A DNA stretch of 64,000 bases from positions 22,382,001 to 22,446,000 of the forward strand of contig NC_043017.1 of NCBI RefSeq assembly GCF_006345805.1, in the 5' to 3' direction. Position 1 is the first letter of the stretch. The number at the start of each line of letters is the position of its first letter. The position numbers and the translations under genes are program-made. Below, piece after piece: positions 12,034 to 26,350 of the stretch. Source of the DNA: Octopus sinensis. Its lineage: Eukaryota. The notes under the pieces are model-generated. The model saw nothing but the letters and a program-made list of their open reading frames with translations. It had not been told where the DNA came from and searched no databases.

Positions 12034-12278
12034 GGAGCATGGCTCAGTGATTAAAACATTGGGCTCACAATCACAAGTTAGTGAGTTTGATTCCCAGACT
12101 GGGTTGTGTGCTGTGCTCTTGGGAAAAACACTTTATTTCATGTTGCTCCTGTTCACTCAGCTGTAGAAATGAGTTGTGACATCACTATTGCCAAGCTGTA
12201 TCAGCCTTTGCCTTTCCCTTGGATAACAGCGGTGGCATGGAGATGGGGTGGCCGGTATGCTTGGGTGACTGCTGGACT
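12034..12278 (+). mobile_element. tRNA-derived SINE family E (my label), decayed
   Basis: A-box tggctcagtg, B-box-like gagtttgattccc, core gtgctcttgggaaaaacactttatttcatgttgctcc..cactcagctg. A related copy is at 15031-15258. Confidence 0.65.
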
Positions 12279-13184
12279 TGTTAATTTCCTAATAAGACCT
12301 TTCTTTTTTTTCATTTTAGGGAGATACCATAGCAAAAATTAAATTAAAGACAAAATTAAATTGAAAAAAAAAAGTTTTTTTTTCTTATTCCAGAATATAC
12401 AGAACTCATTGCAAATGAGAGCTGTTAGTTTCCTCAAACATTGGAGCACAATACAGTTCTAGGACCTATCAGATTTTGTCAAACCATGTAACCCAAGATA
12501 GCATGGAACATGGACGTTACAAGATGATGATGATGATGATGATGATTATGATGAATCAGTTTCTTATATAAGGGCAAAAGTAATAATTAAGCATCTACTC
12601 AATCAAACGGGAGGAAATCGAAGATCTTTAACAGTCAAAAGATCCATGATGAATCTTAGAAAGATGATGCATTAGAGAAACTTTACATAATAGATTTCCA
12701 ATATTGTTGAATGTTTAAGTTTGGTGCCAGTGTTCTCACTTCTTCATTTACACAAACACACAAAGATAATGGGATTCTTTAAGTAACCTCTTACCTTTCA
12801 TTTCCATTTCTAAGTTAGCATTTATGATTTGTAAGGATGGAGGTGTCCAGATCAATAAAATTTGGGACTAATTTTTACCCCTTGTCATTCTCCTCAAACG
12901 AAAACTACTATTTCTTTATCAAACTTTTCCAGAAGCATTCACTATACAACAAACACCATGGATTCATTTACAAATTCAATGAAATACATCATTTCTGCTT
13001 CGTATGGAATTTGCCTGGATCAATAGCTAACTCAGGCCACAGATAAATCCTTGGCGCTCTGATTCTTACTCTAACGCAAAGAATTTGTTTACATATGAAG
13101 TTTCAACTGTAACTATGCTGCATCAATTGACTTTCCTCTCACCCCTAAATTGTTCCTATTTTTTCTCAAACCCTCACAAATCCA

Positions 13185-13575
13185 CTCACAAGACATTGGT
13201 CAGCCAGGGGCTATAGCAGAAGACACTTGCCCAAGGTGCCACGCAGTGGGACTGAACCCGGTACCATGTGGTTGGTAAGCAAGCTACTTACCACACAGCC
13301 ACTCCTGCACCTATGCATGTATGTATTATATTTGTATGTATGTATGTATGTAAGTATTATATGTGTGTGTGTGTGTTTATGCCAGTGTTTGACAACTGGT
13401 GATAGTTTGTGTCCCCAGAACATTGTAGTTCAGCAAAAGAGACCATTAGGCCAAGTACCAAACTTCAAAAATAAAAATAAGTACCAAAGTTGATTTGTTT
13501 GATAAAATTCCTCATGGAGGTGCCCCAGCATGGCTGCAGTCCAATGACTGAGGCAAGAAAACAACAGACGATAAA
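13185..13575. mobile_element. SINE A 5' half (minus strand) abutting an A-related 3' half (plus strand)
   Basis: 13185-13313 is the reverse-complemented head and core; 13330-13575 is a microsatellite plus the tail ggtgccccagcatggctgcagtccaatgactga. Confidence 0.75.
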
Positions 13576-13877
13576 AGATATTTATTATAAAGACCACAAC
13601 AGTTATTTGTGGCAGTATTTAATCTCAGACTTCATATAAATTTGCTAAAAGTGGTCAAGAAAATTTACCTCCACAATTATTACATCTCACACAATGCATT
13701 ACAAAGGAAAAAGAAAAACTAAAAACGAAATTGGTAGCCAAATGTGAGATGAAAAGATTTATAGAGCAAAAAATAGGAAAGAATATTAGCATGGCAGAAA
13801 ATAGTTTAAAACAGAAAGAGCAGTGTCATTTCTGAAACTTCATATGAATATGAGAATTTTTTTATTGTATTATTCAA

Positions 13878-13913
<36 letters not shown>

Positions 13914-14270
13914 TACATACATACATACATACACACACACATACATACATATACATACATACATACGTACACACACACATACATACACACATACATACAT
14001 ACATACATACATACATTCACACATACATATATACATATACATAAATATACATACATACATATACATACATGTATACATATACATACATACATACATACAT
14101 ATACATACATACATGCATACATACATACATACATGCATACATGCATACATGCATACATACATAAATAAATATATGTATATTATACATATGTGTGTGTATA
14201 TATGTATGTATATAAAATACATACACACATATATATGTGTGTGTGTGTATGTATGTATATGTATGCATAT
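13878..14270. repeat. (TACA)n/(TA)n compound microsatellite
   Basis: Read directly; it explains the ORFs at 13806-14415. Confidence 0.95.
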
Positions 14271-14721
14271 CGAACATGTTAGAACAGATATAATACAATA
14301 AAAGATGAAAGCCAAAAAAAAAAAAAAAAAAACACCATGTAGCATCACCAAACAAAATGAGCGAACTGCATTCAAAGGAATAGTAATACATTTTTTTTCC
14401 TAACATTGAAAACAATGTTTCCTAACGTATATCTATCTCACTTTAGGGGGCCTATCCTCATCTATTATCACAGCAGTTCTCAAGTACAATACGGATAAAA
14501 CTGTATGCCGCCAGATATTTCCAGGGCAAGTTATGAGAGAGATCAATAGGAGACAGCTGCTGTAAACTTATGAAGAATATGTATAATTTCTGATATATTA
14601 CTGCAGCAGTGTATTATAAATTATTTTTCTTTAATACCATATCATAAAAGTAGTACACTAATAATAGTTAGACACAGCAAACCGAGTGCTGTTGTTGTTG
14701 GCTCTTTCTCATTTTTTCTTG

Positions 14722-14754
<33 letters not shown>

Positions 14755-16956
14755 GTATATAACAAACATGGTGAAATATTAAACCAGTGTTATCAAAGGA
14801 AACTGCGTAATTTATACAACAAAGAATGGTAGGATGTTAGTCAATGGCTGTAAATGAAATGAATAGATTTTGGTATCACTTTATGAGACACCACTACTTG
14901 TGAAAAAGGATTTTATTAAAGAAAGCTTAAAATGCATGTGTGACACTTGTGCTGTTCCTCCTCCAACGTTTGTACACATCTATACGAAAAATATTTCAGA
15001 ATATTGTAAAACTATGACTAAAAGTAATAGTAGGTACATGGCTTAGTGGTCAGGGTGTAGGGCTCATCATTGTAAGATTGTGGTTTTCATTCCTGGACCA
15101 GGTGATGTGTGGTGTTCATGAGCAAAACACATCATTTCACAATGCTCTAGTCTACTCAGCTGGCAAAAATGAGCAATTCTGTGATAGACCAGCATCCTGT
15201 TCAGGGAGGAATATATATGCCAGAGAATCCAGGAAACTGGCCCTGTGGCCCTTACAGAGTAATGTGGACTAACTATGATTGAAAGTAAGTAATGAAATCA
15301 GAATTAAGGGACATTGTATATATCTTTTTTGTGTGTGTTATTGAATGCTGGCGTTTGTTATAAACCAATGTTAATCAAGGTGATTTTTTTGGATTTTAAT
15401 TCTTTTAAATTAAGGGATAAATTTGCTTTTATTTTTCCTCCAAGATTCTTTAATTAAAAAATGAGTTGAAGGAAAATAATTCAATTGAATGATTTATGCA
15501 AAAAAAAAAAATTCTCAATTTAATTAAACTTTCCCTTTTAACTGGAGAAAGAAAAGAAAAACCAAATTATATTTGTGAATAACTGTCACAGAAAGAGGGA
15601 GATCATTTCTAGAGACTAAGAATTTCCGAAAATAAACTTTATAAGATTAAGAGAAAGCTGATCTTTGTTTGCAAACAAGGTGATAACTATCAATGTATTT
15701 CAATCTGTGGACCTTGTTATGGTCAAACTATGAACTCTGGTGCATCATCAGTCACATTTTCTGTTCAATGATATCACAATGTCCAGCAAAGATTTAAAAT
15801 TTTTCTGAAAATGTTTTTAAAATCCTTTAGTATTTAAGCCAGCACTATCCTGTCCAAAATATTCTATGTTTTATAATTAAACTGGTCCAGCCTTTCAAGC
15901 TATCCAAAATTGTTAAATTAAAAATAAACTATCACATCGTTGAAATTACATAATAATCCTTTCTATTTTAGGCATAATCTGTGAAATTTGTTGGGTGGTG
16001 GCGAGTCAATTACACTGACTACAGTGCTCGACTGGTACTTATTTTATCAACCCTGGAAGGATGGAAAGTAAAATCGATCTCAGCAGAATTTGAAATGAGA
16101 ACATCATTATCTTCATTGTCATTTTAATGTCTACTTTTCTGTACTTGCAAAAGTTTGATGGTGTTTAATGAGATTTTCTATGGCTGGATGCCCTTACTAT
16201 CACCAACCCTTACCTGTTTTCAAGCAAAGAAATATTTCCCCATGGCTTAACATATTTTTGTAGAACATTGGAGATGAAGAACATTCATTTATAACAACCA
16301 CATGACGTCGAGAGAAGGAGACACAACTTATTAATTTATGGGATTCAATATTGTTAGAATATATTATTTGTATCTATTGTTGCCGAATCTCATTCAGTTC
16401 TGGCTGTGATTGTTCTTGGCTTGAACAATTTTAATCAACATTGGGTATTTAAGATTCAGAAATAGTAATCCTAGTTACCAAACTTTTGTGAATTGCTCTA
16501 AAAAAAAAATTAATAATAAGCTGCTGTGTTTGACAACCAAGCATTGAAACGGCAGCAGACATTGTATTAGTATTTGGTGATTACAATACCATTTTATATA
16601 CCCCCAAAGAATAAAAGATGTCTAAATCTTTACAAACATTATGCACACAAACGTTATTCTATGTTGTGTGTAGAGAAAACAATGAAAATAAGAGGAATAT
16701 TTGAAATATAAAATGAAAGCTTTACAATTTGGAATGAAGGCAATTACAATAGTGTATCAAAGGAAATGGCAACAATATACATTGTAATAAACTTATATAC
16801 ACACACAGACATTATATTTAGCTACATCAACAGTTCCACCCTATGGATCATGACCTGAAAAGGGTTAGGGTATAATTCTGAAAGCATTGTAAAGATAAAA
16901 GCTTTTATTTTTGAAACATTTGATAAAAGATAAAAAGTAAGATAAGGGATGATCGG

Positions 16957-17610
16957 CAGGCACGGGTGTGTGGTTGGTTAAGAAGCTCATTTTGCAACCA
17001 TGTGGTTTGGGGTTCATTCCCACCATGCTACACCTTGGGCAAGTGTCTTCTATCATAGTCCCAGGTCAACCAATGCTTTGTGAATGAATAGATGGAAAGT
17101 CTTATGGAAGCCCATATATATTTATGTGTATACATATGTACGAATGTATGTATGATTCTTTGAGTTATGTATGTATGATTCTCCACCACACCCTTTGAAA
17201 ACCAGTGTTGGTTTGTTTACTTCCCATAACTTAGCCGTTTGGTCAAAAAGTCTGATAGAATAAAAATATGTCCTCAGACTGATTTGTTCATGTAAACCTT
17301 TCAAGGCACTGCCCCAGCATGGCCACAGTTCAAAAAGTAACCATGCTGGTACCATGTAAAAATCACTGGTGCTGGTTCCACATAGAAAGAACTGGTGCTT
17401 GTGCCACATAAAAATCATTGGTGCTGGTGCCATGTAAAAAGTATCCAGTATACTGTGTAACATGGTTGACATCAGGAAGGGCATCATACCATTGAAATCA
17501 TGCGGAAACAGACTATGGAGCCTGGTGTGGTCCCCCAGCCTTACAGCTCCTGTCAAACCATCCAACCCACGCCAGCATGGAAAACAGACATCAATTGATG
17601 GTGATGATGA
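16957..17610 (+). mobile_element. Decayed SINE A followed by a family-C copy
   Basis: A-type head and tail at 16957-17337; C-type gtaaaaa..ggaagggcatc..ccaaccca.gccagcatggaaaacagac at 17340-17610. Confidence 0.7.
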
Positions 17611-17699
17611 TTTCTCATTCCACTTCTCAAAATAGCACTTTTGGACTTCTTTGCATTGTCACAGGAGACAAGAATTCCAGTACCATATCCGACACACTA

Positions 17700-18100
17700 C
17701 ACACAAGTGATGTTCTGTTCCATATAGGACTTGTAATTGTGCCTACTCCATGTCTTTCATTATTTTGATGCAAAGCATTAGAAAAACTCTCCTCAGCTTC
17801 TTGTCTAAATAAATTTTATAATTTTACATCCCTACTTAATCTCCTCAAATTACTCCTTGTTGTCTCTCCCCAAATCACATTCTCACTTGACTCTCATCAC
17901 ACTCTCTACTATTCTATGTCCACAGCCAACCTGACATCTTCACCAAGCACAGAACCAATCTGTGATTTGTTCTAAGTTGCTCTTTAGAAACCCTCATCTA
18001 TCCTTTGTTATTATTCTCTATTTCTCTTTGTTTCAGTAGCCATATTCTACTCCTGACAAGTAGTCTAATAGTTCTCGTCACTGCTATACCATCTGAACGT
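17700..18100 (-). pseudogene. Possible decayed RTE-type LINE endonuclease/linker fragment
   Basis: The purine-rich minus strand gives broken motifs resembling IDYxLV and QHRLV. There are many stops, and I cannot align it by eye. Confidence 0.3.
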
Positions 18101-18124
18101 TTCCAGTAGTTGCTCTTTCTTTAA

Positions 18125-18732
18125 CTTTTTAGCATTCAGATTATTCTGTCAAATCATCATTGTTTAACATTCGCTTTCCATACTAAAATGGGTTGGATGA
18201 TTTAACTGAGGACTGGTGAACCAGATGGCTGCACAAGGCTCCAATCTGATCTGGCAAAAGTTTCTACAGCTGGATGCCTTTCCTAACGCCAACCACTCCG
18301 AGAGTGTAGTGGGTGCTTTTATGTGCCACCGGCATGAGGGCCAGTCAGGCGGTACTGGTAATGGCCATGCTCAAAATGGTGCTTTTTATGTGCCACCTGC
18401 ACAGGAGCCAGTCCAGCAGCACTGGCAATGACCTTGCTCGAATGTTTTACACGTGCCACCAGCACAAGTGCCAGTAAGGTGACGCAGGTAAATGTACTGC
18501 ATATTTACTCTTTTACTCTTTACTCTTTTATTTGTTTCAGTCATTTGACTGCGGCCATGCTGGAGCACCACCTTTAATCGAGCAACTCGACCCAGGGACT
18601 CATTCTTTTGTAAGCCCAGTACTTATTCTATCGGTCTCTTTTGCTGAACCGCTAAGTAACGGGGACATAAACACACCAGCATCGGTTGTCAATGCTAGGG
18701 GGACAAACACAGACACACAAACACACACACGC

Positions 18733-18765
<33 letters not shown>

Positions 18766-19115
18766 TACGACAGGCTTCTTTCAGTTTCCGTCTACCAAAT
18801 CCACTCACAAGGCTTTGGTCGGCCCGAGGCTATAGTAGAAGACACTTGCCCAAGGTGCCATGCAGTAGGACTGAACCCGGAACCATGTGGTTGGTAAACA
18901 AGCTACTTACCACACAGCCACTCCTGCGCCTTTATTTATTCGTATTGTTTTGAATTAATCCTGCATTATCTTATAGCTTCAAGATTTCGATGCTGTGATT
19001 ATTTATTTTTAAAAGGATACTGTAAGGTAGATGTGAGAGAGGCCAGATCTAGCCAGTTTTAACATAAAACAGGTAGAGTATTCATGCTGGATACGGCTAG
19101 TTTAAATGCTCAACA
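18125..19115. mobile_element. TTAA-type (piggyBac-like) MITE split by family-C (18155-18487) and SINE A (18504-18930) insertions
   Basis: The pieces ttaa-ctttttagcattcagattattctgtcaaat / aatgtactgcatatt / ttatttattcgtattgttttgaattaatc..ggccagatct..gtttaaatgct are collinear with the intact copy at 40701-40919. Confidence 0.7.
18504..18930 (-). mobile_element. SINE family A, full length
   Basis: Complete reverse-complement copy with a (CTTTTA)-type tail. Confidence 0.92.
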
Positions 19116-19303
19116 CTAATCTGTTAAGACAGGCATTGCTATTATGCATTCAAAGTCAGCTTCAAATTAAGCAAATCTCACCACCTGTTGGCCTTCTTCT
19201 CTGATATGCACAAAGTTATCAAACTGATTCCCAATTTCACCTGCAGGATAAATTACCATTTGACTTGCTGGCCTGACCGCTGTCTGATATTATCATAATC
19301 ATC

Positions 19304-19467
19304 GAGTGGCTGTGTAGTAAGTAGCCTGCTAACCAACCGCATGGTTCCGGGTTCAGTCCCACTGCATAGCATCTTGGGCAAGTGTCTTCTGCTACAGCCC
19401 CTGGCCGACCAATGCCTTGTGAGTGGATTTGGTAGACGGAAACTGAAAGAAGCCTGTCGTATATATG

Positions 19468-19502
<35 letters not shown>

Positions 19503-19720
19503 ATGTGTTTGTGTGTCTGTGTTTGTCCCCCTAGCATTGCTTGACAACCGATGCTGGTGTGTTTACGTCCCCGTCACTTAGCGGTTCGGCAAAAGAGACC
19601 GATAGAATAAGTACTGGGCTTACAAAGAATAAGTCCTGGGGTCGATTTGCTCGACTAAAGGTGGTGCTCCAGCATGGCCGCAGTCAAATGACTGAAACAA
19701 GTGAAAGAGAGTAAAGAGTA
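19304..19720 (+). mobile_element. SINE family A, full length
   Basis: Complete copy, inverted relative to 18504-18930. Confidence 0.92.
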
Positions 19721-20678
19721 TTTAACATCTGGCTTCTATGCTAGCATGTATTGGATGACTTGACAGGGTCTGATAAGTCAGAATATTGCATCATACATTG
19801 ATGTCTACCTTGGTATGGCTTCTATGGCTGGATGCCCTTCCTAACACCAACCACTTTACAGACTGTACTGGCTGTTTTCTTCATGGCACCAGCACTAGCA
19901 ACAATCACCTTGTAATGTACAAGGCTAATGCTCTAAAGTGGTCCTTATAGCTGAGGGAAAACAGCAGAGAGTGAGAAGTAGTCTTGAGTGGAGGAAAGAG
20001 AAATGGTAAGAAATCCTTCTTATTCATTTTAAACTTAGCATTTAATATGTGCAACATTCATACTTGGTATCTTAAAAAGAAATGTAATTTTTCTTTCGCT
20101 ACTAAGTAAAATAAATTTCTTTTTGTTGCTCTTAACAGTAGTAATCTCATAAAAATTGAAGAACGTTCTTAACAAAATTATCCCATTTTGATAATCTTCC
20201 ATTGACTTCAAAAAAGATATATTACGAAGTGCAAGCCAGCTTTGTACCAATGTGTGTGTATTTGTGTGTGTGAGTTAAAGAAAGATGAAAGTGAGAGATG
20301 GTTGGATGTGAAGATACCATTATCTAACACAGCACACAGCATGAATGAATGATTTCTACAAAGAAATACACGCTTCTTTTTGTTTCTTTATGTTTATTTG
20401 GTTTTGGAATACTTTGAATCTCAAATGTTAGAACTCTAAAAATTATTTCAGAGATAGGTTAGAAATAAATTTTTATATCTACATGTATACATACACACAC
20501 ACACACATACATACATACAGTAAAAATATGCAAGAATTTTCTCCAGTTGCAAATGTGAATTTGTCTGTGTTAACTACATCCCAAAGATGGAGCCTTGTAT
20601 CTGTTGGAAACCAGTTCCCTCCTCAGTGGAAGATTCATAATAATTAAAAAATAGAAGATACATACATACATACATACA

Positions 20679-20712
<34 letters not shown>

Positions 20713-21023
20713 CATACCTGTATATATGTACATACATATTTTATACCTGCAACTATTGGAGAACTGGGGTGTGTAACACACTGCCTAAATACCAACCTTG
20801 AGAAATTAGGCTTCTCAAAACCAGAAAAGAGAAAGTTGATTCAAAGAATACAGATCTAAGCCATCACTGAAACTTCAAAAATCTGTAAAATTTTCCAGAA
20901 GATAATCAATTAAGTATATATGAGTATGTCTAGGCATGCAAATTTATATGCATGACAATACGTACATAATAGAAAACATACAAATCTGCATATATATATA
21001 TATGTATATACATACAAAAATAC

Positions 21024-21124
21024 CCTGTTGATGTTGTTGAAGTTCCAATGAAGGAGCCTTGGATCTAGGTTAGAAACCAGCTCTTCCTCTATTGGCAAGA
21101 AATCTTGAAATAAAACTGAATAAT

Positions 21125-21156
<32 letters not shown>

Positions 21157-21376
21157 TACATACATACATACATACATACATACATACATACATACATACA
21201 TACATACATACATACATACACATACATACATACACTGTTGCTGATGTTGAAGTTCCAATGAAGGAGCCTTGGATCTAGGTTAGAAACCAGTTCTTCCTCT
21301 ATTGGCAAGAAATCTTGAAATAAAACTGAATAATGACATACATAGATACAAATATACATGATAGACAGACAGACAC

Positions 21377-21437
<61 letters not shown>

Positions 21438-21464
21438 GAGTTAGATAGATAGATAGGCAGGTAG

Positions 21465-21496
<32 letters not shown>

Positions 21497-21517
21497 TTAG
21501 ATAGATTGATAGGCAGG

Positions 21518-21587
<70 letters not shown>

Positions 21588-21590
21588 TGT
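21024..21590. repeat. Two direct copies of a ~105-bp element interleaved with (GACA)n/(TACA)n/(GATA)n
   Basis: tgaagttccaatgaaggagccttggatctaggttagaaaccag.tcttcctctattggcaagaaatcttgaaataaaactgaataatgaca occurs at 21024-21128 and 21235-21338; (GATA)n runs 21360-21590. Confidence 0.9.
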
Positions 21591-22051
21591 AAAGTGAAAG
21601 AGAGAGGGAGATGATGATATTGTCAGTGTTTAACACCATCTTAGCCCTGATCGAATAAATCTGTGAACAAAGGCCTCCCAGTTGTAATCAACCAAGCTTT
21701 TCTTATTTGCAGAGAACCCTAAAACACATTATCAAATACAGGCTTTTCTAAGATGGCAGGGTGTGATTTGAGGCAGGTTTGACTGATATTTCTAGCAGGT
21801 TAGAGACCAATATAGAGTCTGCATTATCAATTCATAGTGTGAGGTAGTTTCACACAGGTAGGAATTGCAAATTAGGTGCAATTTTTAAAAACATAAAAAT
21901 AAACTCAGGTTTCGATACACAATACACAGAAATAGTCTCACTCTAGTTAAGTGAGCTAATCTCCCTTCCAGGAAGTCATTGGCAGGTTATCCTAGTCATG
22001 CTATTTCTATTCTTATAAAGTACACATGAGAGAGCCTTTCCTGTAAAAGTA

Positions 22052-22209
22052 AGGAGTGGCAGTGTGGTAAGTAGCTTGCTTACCAACCACATGGTTTCAG
22101 GTTCAGTTCCACTGTGTGGCACCTTGGGCAAATGTCTTCTACTTTAGCCTCGGGCCGACCAAAGCCTTGTGAGTAGATTTGGCAGATGGAAACTGAAAGA
22201 AGCCTGTCG

Positions 22210-22248
<39 letters not shown>

Positions 22249-22473
22249 GTGTGTATATATGTTTGTATGTCTGTGTTTGTCCCCCCACCCCAACATTGCT
22301 TGACAACCGATGCTGGTGTGTTTACGTCCCCGTAACTTAGCAGTTCGGCAAAAAGAGACCGATAGAATAAGTACTAGGCTTACAAAGAATAAGTCCTCAG
22401 TTCGATATGCTCGACTAAAGGCGGTGCTCCAGCATGGCCACAGTCAAATGACTGAAACAAGTAAAAGAGAATA
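22052..22473 (+). mobile_element. SINE family A, full length
   Basis: Head, core, (TA)n and tail are all present. Confidence 0.92.
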
Positions 22474-25305
22474 TAATAATAAGCCCTTTAAATAATAATC
22501 ACCGCAAAAAAAAATAATGGTTAAAAGGTAACAATGTTTTAGAATGGAGAGGTGGGGACAGAAAGAAATTTTGCCAACTTATTTGTGTCAATATGATAAT
22601 GAAAGCATGATGATGATGAGGAGGAGAAGGAGGAGGATGAAGGTGAGGAGGATGGTGGCAGTGGTAGTTATGGTTATGAATTCCTGTAATTTGTTGTTGG
22701 GGGGAAAATTATTACCCTAAAATGCTTTTATATTCAGAACTAATTGACAATTAACAAAATAATAAACAGGAAAAGAAACTAGAAAATAATGTTTACATAC
22801 AAATGAAAACGTAATAAATTTATATTTTTTCTTGTTTTAAATTCCTAGGAATCATTTAGCATCAAAAGGTATCACTTTCTCAGTTAAATATATCTTTTGG
22901 AAGCCACATAATCATACAATCACACAATAAAGAATAAAAAAGGTTAAACAAAAATTCTTCGCAGTTTTTCTCATAGATCTTTTCATAAATACATGATTGC
23001 TGTTATTTTCAGCAAGGAATAATCTCTACCACTTTCTATTGATTCATTTCAATGTCAATTTTACTCCAAAGAGAAGTCTTTAACGAGAAATTTAATTCAT
23101 TTGATGTCTAGATAATTTTCAACAAACAGAATTCTTCTTCCTGCTGTCTATTCGAAGAAGGAGAAACAAAATAATAAAAAGTTTAATTGAATAATCGTTC
23201 AGCCATAAATAAAAGGGTTTTTATTTTACTTTATTTTTACTTTTTTAGTTGGTTTTTTTTTATATAATTGCCTCATTACTTAAGCATTCTTCATATCATC
23301 TTCCAATTAGATAACTATTTTTTTTCCAACTGTCCAATTATATAATTCCTTAGCAACGCTGTTCTGTTAACCTGGCTCATCCTTAATTCTTTAAATCCCT
23401 ACCACCATTCTCTCATTAGTTAGCCCACTTCAATGCCTGTTCTACAGTGATGACTTTAAGGAAATGACATCACCAACACTAACCTAAAAGGCCCAGAGAC
23501 ACTGAGGATGCTTGCTTTTGCCGAGATGCCGAAGGAGTAAAAGCTATTATCATTATAATAATTACCATTATAATTGTTACAAAGGATTTACAAATACTAA
23601 ATTTGTTATTTCCTTCATCTTTCATCCTCCCATCCTTGTGAAACGCAGATTATCCACAGTCATCATTTCATTTTAATTGCTTATTGCTATGTAATGATAA
23701 AATAATATCTTAGCTTTCACTGTATTACTCATTCACTACAGTTGCAGAAATGCTTCATTTCCGACAATGTTCCATTAAACGTACGTTTTCCACGCATGGA
23801 TAGTTAAGAGGGATTTCTTTACCAGCAACTGTCATTATACCGATTATAATACACAAGGGGTGTGACCAGGCAATTTTGTCGATGATTATCCAAAAGCTTG
23901 GAATGTATGCAGTAAAAATGGAGATAGTAGTGAAAAATGAAGTGTAAGAAATGCAAGATGAATCAAGATATAAACCACTGCTTAATAATAGTAAGAAAGT
24001 TATTGCTGTATAACAGGAAGGTTCATCTGACAGACACAGGGATCGATCACTTTTGAATATTAATTTTACATAATAATGAAACTGGTTTATACTGTAAAGT
24101 AGAATTTAATCTCTCAGAAACAAGCTGGTAATCAGATTTTGTCAGCCAGTTTTAACTGCTTAACAATAACACACTTAAGAAGGGAGGCACATCAAATCTT
24201 TCATTTTTCTTTCTCCTCTAAAGACTCTTAAAGAGTCAATCTTGTCTGAAGAAAGCAAGAGGAATTTGTTGCAGTTTCCACTTGAAACTACTGGGGTTAA
24301 TTTCAGGAATAAATTTGTTAGAATTATGAGGTTGTTATTATTATTGTTGTTTAACCCAAGGTCAACCTTTCTTAAACAAACATTTAATCAATGTTAGTCA
24401 AACCATGAGCTTCCATATTCAGGGATAGTGTACCCTGGGCTATATAATCCAATCTTTGTTTATTAAAGATTATGTACAGAGCAGTTTGAGTAAAATTTGG
24501 CTGCTATTTCTAAAAGGACGAACTAAGCAGAGGTCCCCATTGTTGGCAAAGCTGATCTGATGCACCCTAATGCTCTTTATTAAATAACAGCTGACCACTA
24601 TAGGGAAAAAATATATATAGTAAAAAAAAAAGGTATTGTGGGGTGAGGAGGTCAGTTTGTGCAATGTTAATTGATCTGCTAAAACTAGAAGTTAAATATT
24701 TCCCAAATTACATCACACTGTTTTTTCAGAAGAAGACACACTGGATAATGAAGTCATAGATAATTGACTGGATTGTCACATGCGGAACGCTTTTGCTCAT
24801 CAGTCTACACAACAACAATAAATATCCATACTGTTGAGTTAATTTTAATTGAGAGGAAAAGAAACAGTTTTCTATGCTGTTCTTGGTTGGCTGGGTCTTA
24901 AGTTTAGCTTTTCTGCATCCATTTCCTTTGCAATTTAATTTGTAGAAGCATTCCATTTTAGCATTGGATAATTCCCTTTATCTAGTACTTCATATTTTAA
25001 CTGGACTATTGTTTCCTTGGCTATCATATACCTCAAGATGATAATACTATTTCACATAGTTTGATGATGATGATAGAGAAACTAAAGGAATACCTATGGC
25101 CCTGAAACCTGGGATGCCACTCACAAATTCTGAAAACAGCCCAAAATTTCTGAATCCACATAGAACAATAAAAGTTTGGAATAAAAGAAACAAACCCATA
25201 CACACATTAATACACATGTACACACACACACACATATATATATGTATATACACATGCACACATACATATACACATACATTCATATACACATATATATATA
25301 CACAG

Positions 25306-25347
<42 letters not shown>

Positions 25348-26036
25348 GTGTATATATATATATATAAAAGTAAACAAAAAGGGTGTGCATTGCGCTACAG
25401 GGATGTATCAATGATTGAACAGACAGAACAGACCAAGGAGAAAAAGTTAGATGAAAGACAGGAAACAAGATGTAAACTTAACAGATGGGGAATATACACA
25501 AGGACACCAATGCTGTGCACACTTGGCAGGTACCCTGAGGCATCATGAATCTAGGGACCAGAATTCTGATCTATGAAATAATAATGAAATTATTGTGTAT
25601 AGTGCTCAGGTGCACTACAACTCATCAAAGGTGCATGTACAGCACATAGAATTATATACAAAAGTCAGGAAAGTGAACAGTGTAAGAGTCATGATATACA
25701 TGTGTGCATGTGGATGGAGGTGGGGTATCAGGTGTAATGTTGGTGAATTTCAGAAAGCATGGAGGTTTTAAAGGATGTTTTAAATGTTGAAGCTTGCAAT
25801 GAATAAATAAATATTGTAGGGCCCAGTGTACTGATTTGTTTGAAGGCCTTTTGTGCTGTTGAGACGGCCCTGATGCACACACAAATGTACATACATACAC
25901 ACAAACACATGAATTGATATATATATATATATATATATACATACCACTAATGTAGGATAAAATTTTTTTACGAGAAAAAAATTTTATCAAAAAATACCTT
26001 TAAAGGTTAAATTTATAAATAATTTTTGGCATATTT

Positions 26037-26350
26037 GGCAAAAGAAAAATTCTAATGCCAAATATGCCGAAGAAAAGACAAAATTGTCAATAACCATTAT
26101 AATTTATGTGTCTCGAAACAAACCGATAGAAATTTCTAAAAAATCCGTTATTACCATATTGGTCCCAATTTCGGGGTTAATTCATAAGAATTTTCCCCTC
26201 TTCAGCGATAAATATGTGATTGGGACCAATACGGTAATAACGGATTTTTAAGAAATTTCTATCAGTTTGTTTCGAGACGCATAAATTATAATGGTTATTG
26301 ACAATTTTGTCCTTTTTCGGCATATTTGGCATTAGAATTTTTCTTTTGCC
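26037..26350. repeat. Long inverted repeat (fold-back): ~133-bp arms, 49-nt spacer
   Basis: 26037-26169 is the near-perfect reverse complement of 26219-26350. Confidence 0.95.

Noticed and set aside
24730-24766. Plus-strand terminal exon EEDTLDNEVIDN*
   Set aside because: Too short to distinguish from chance, with no supporting upstream exons.
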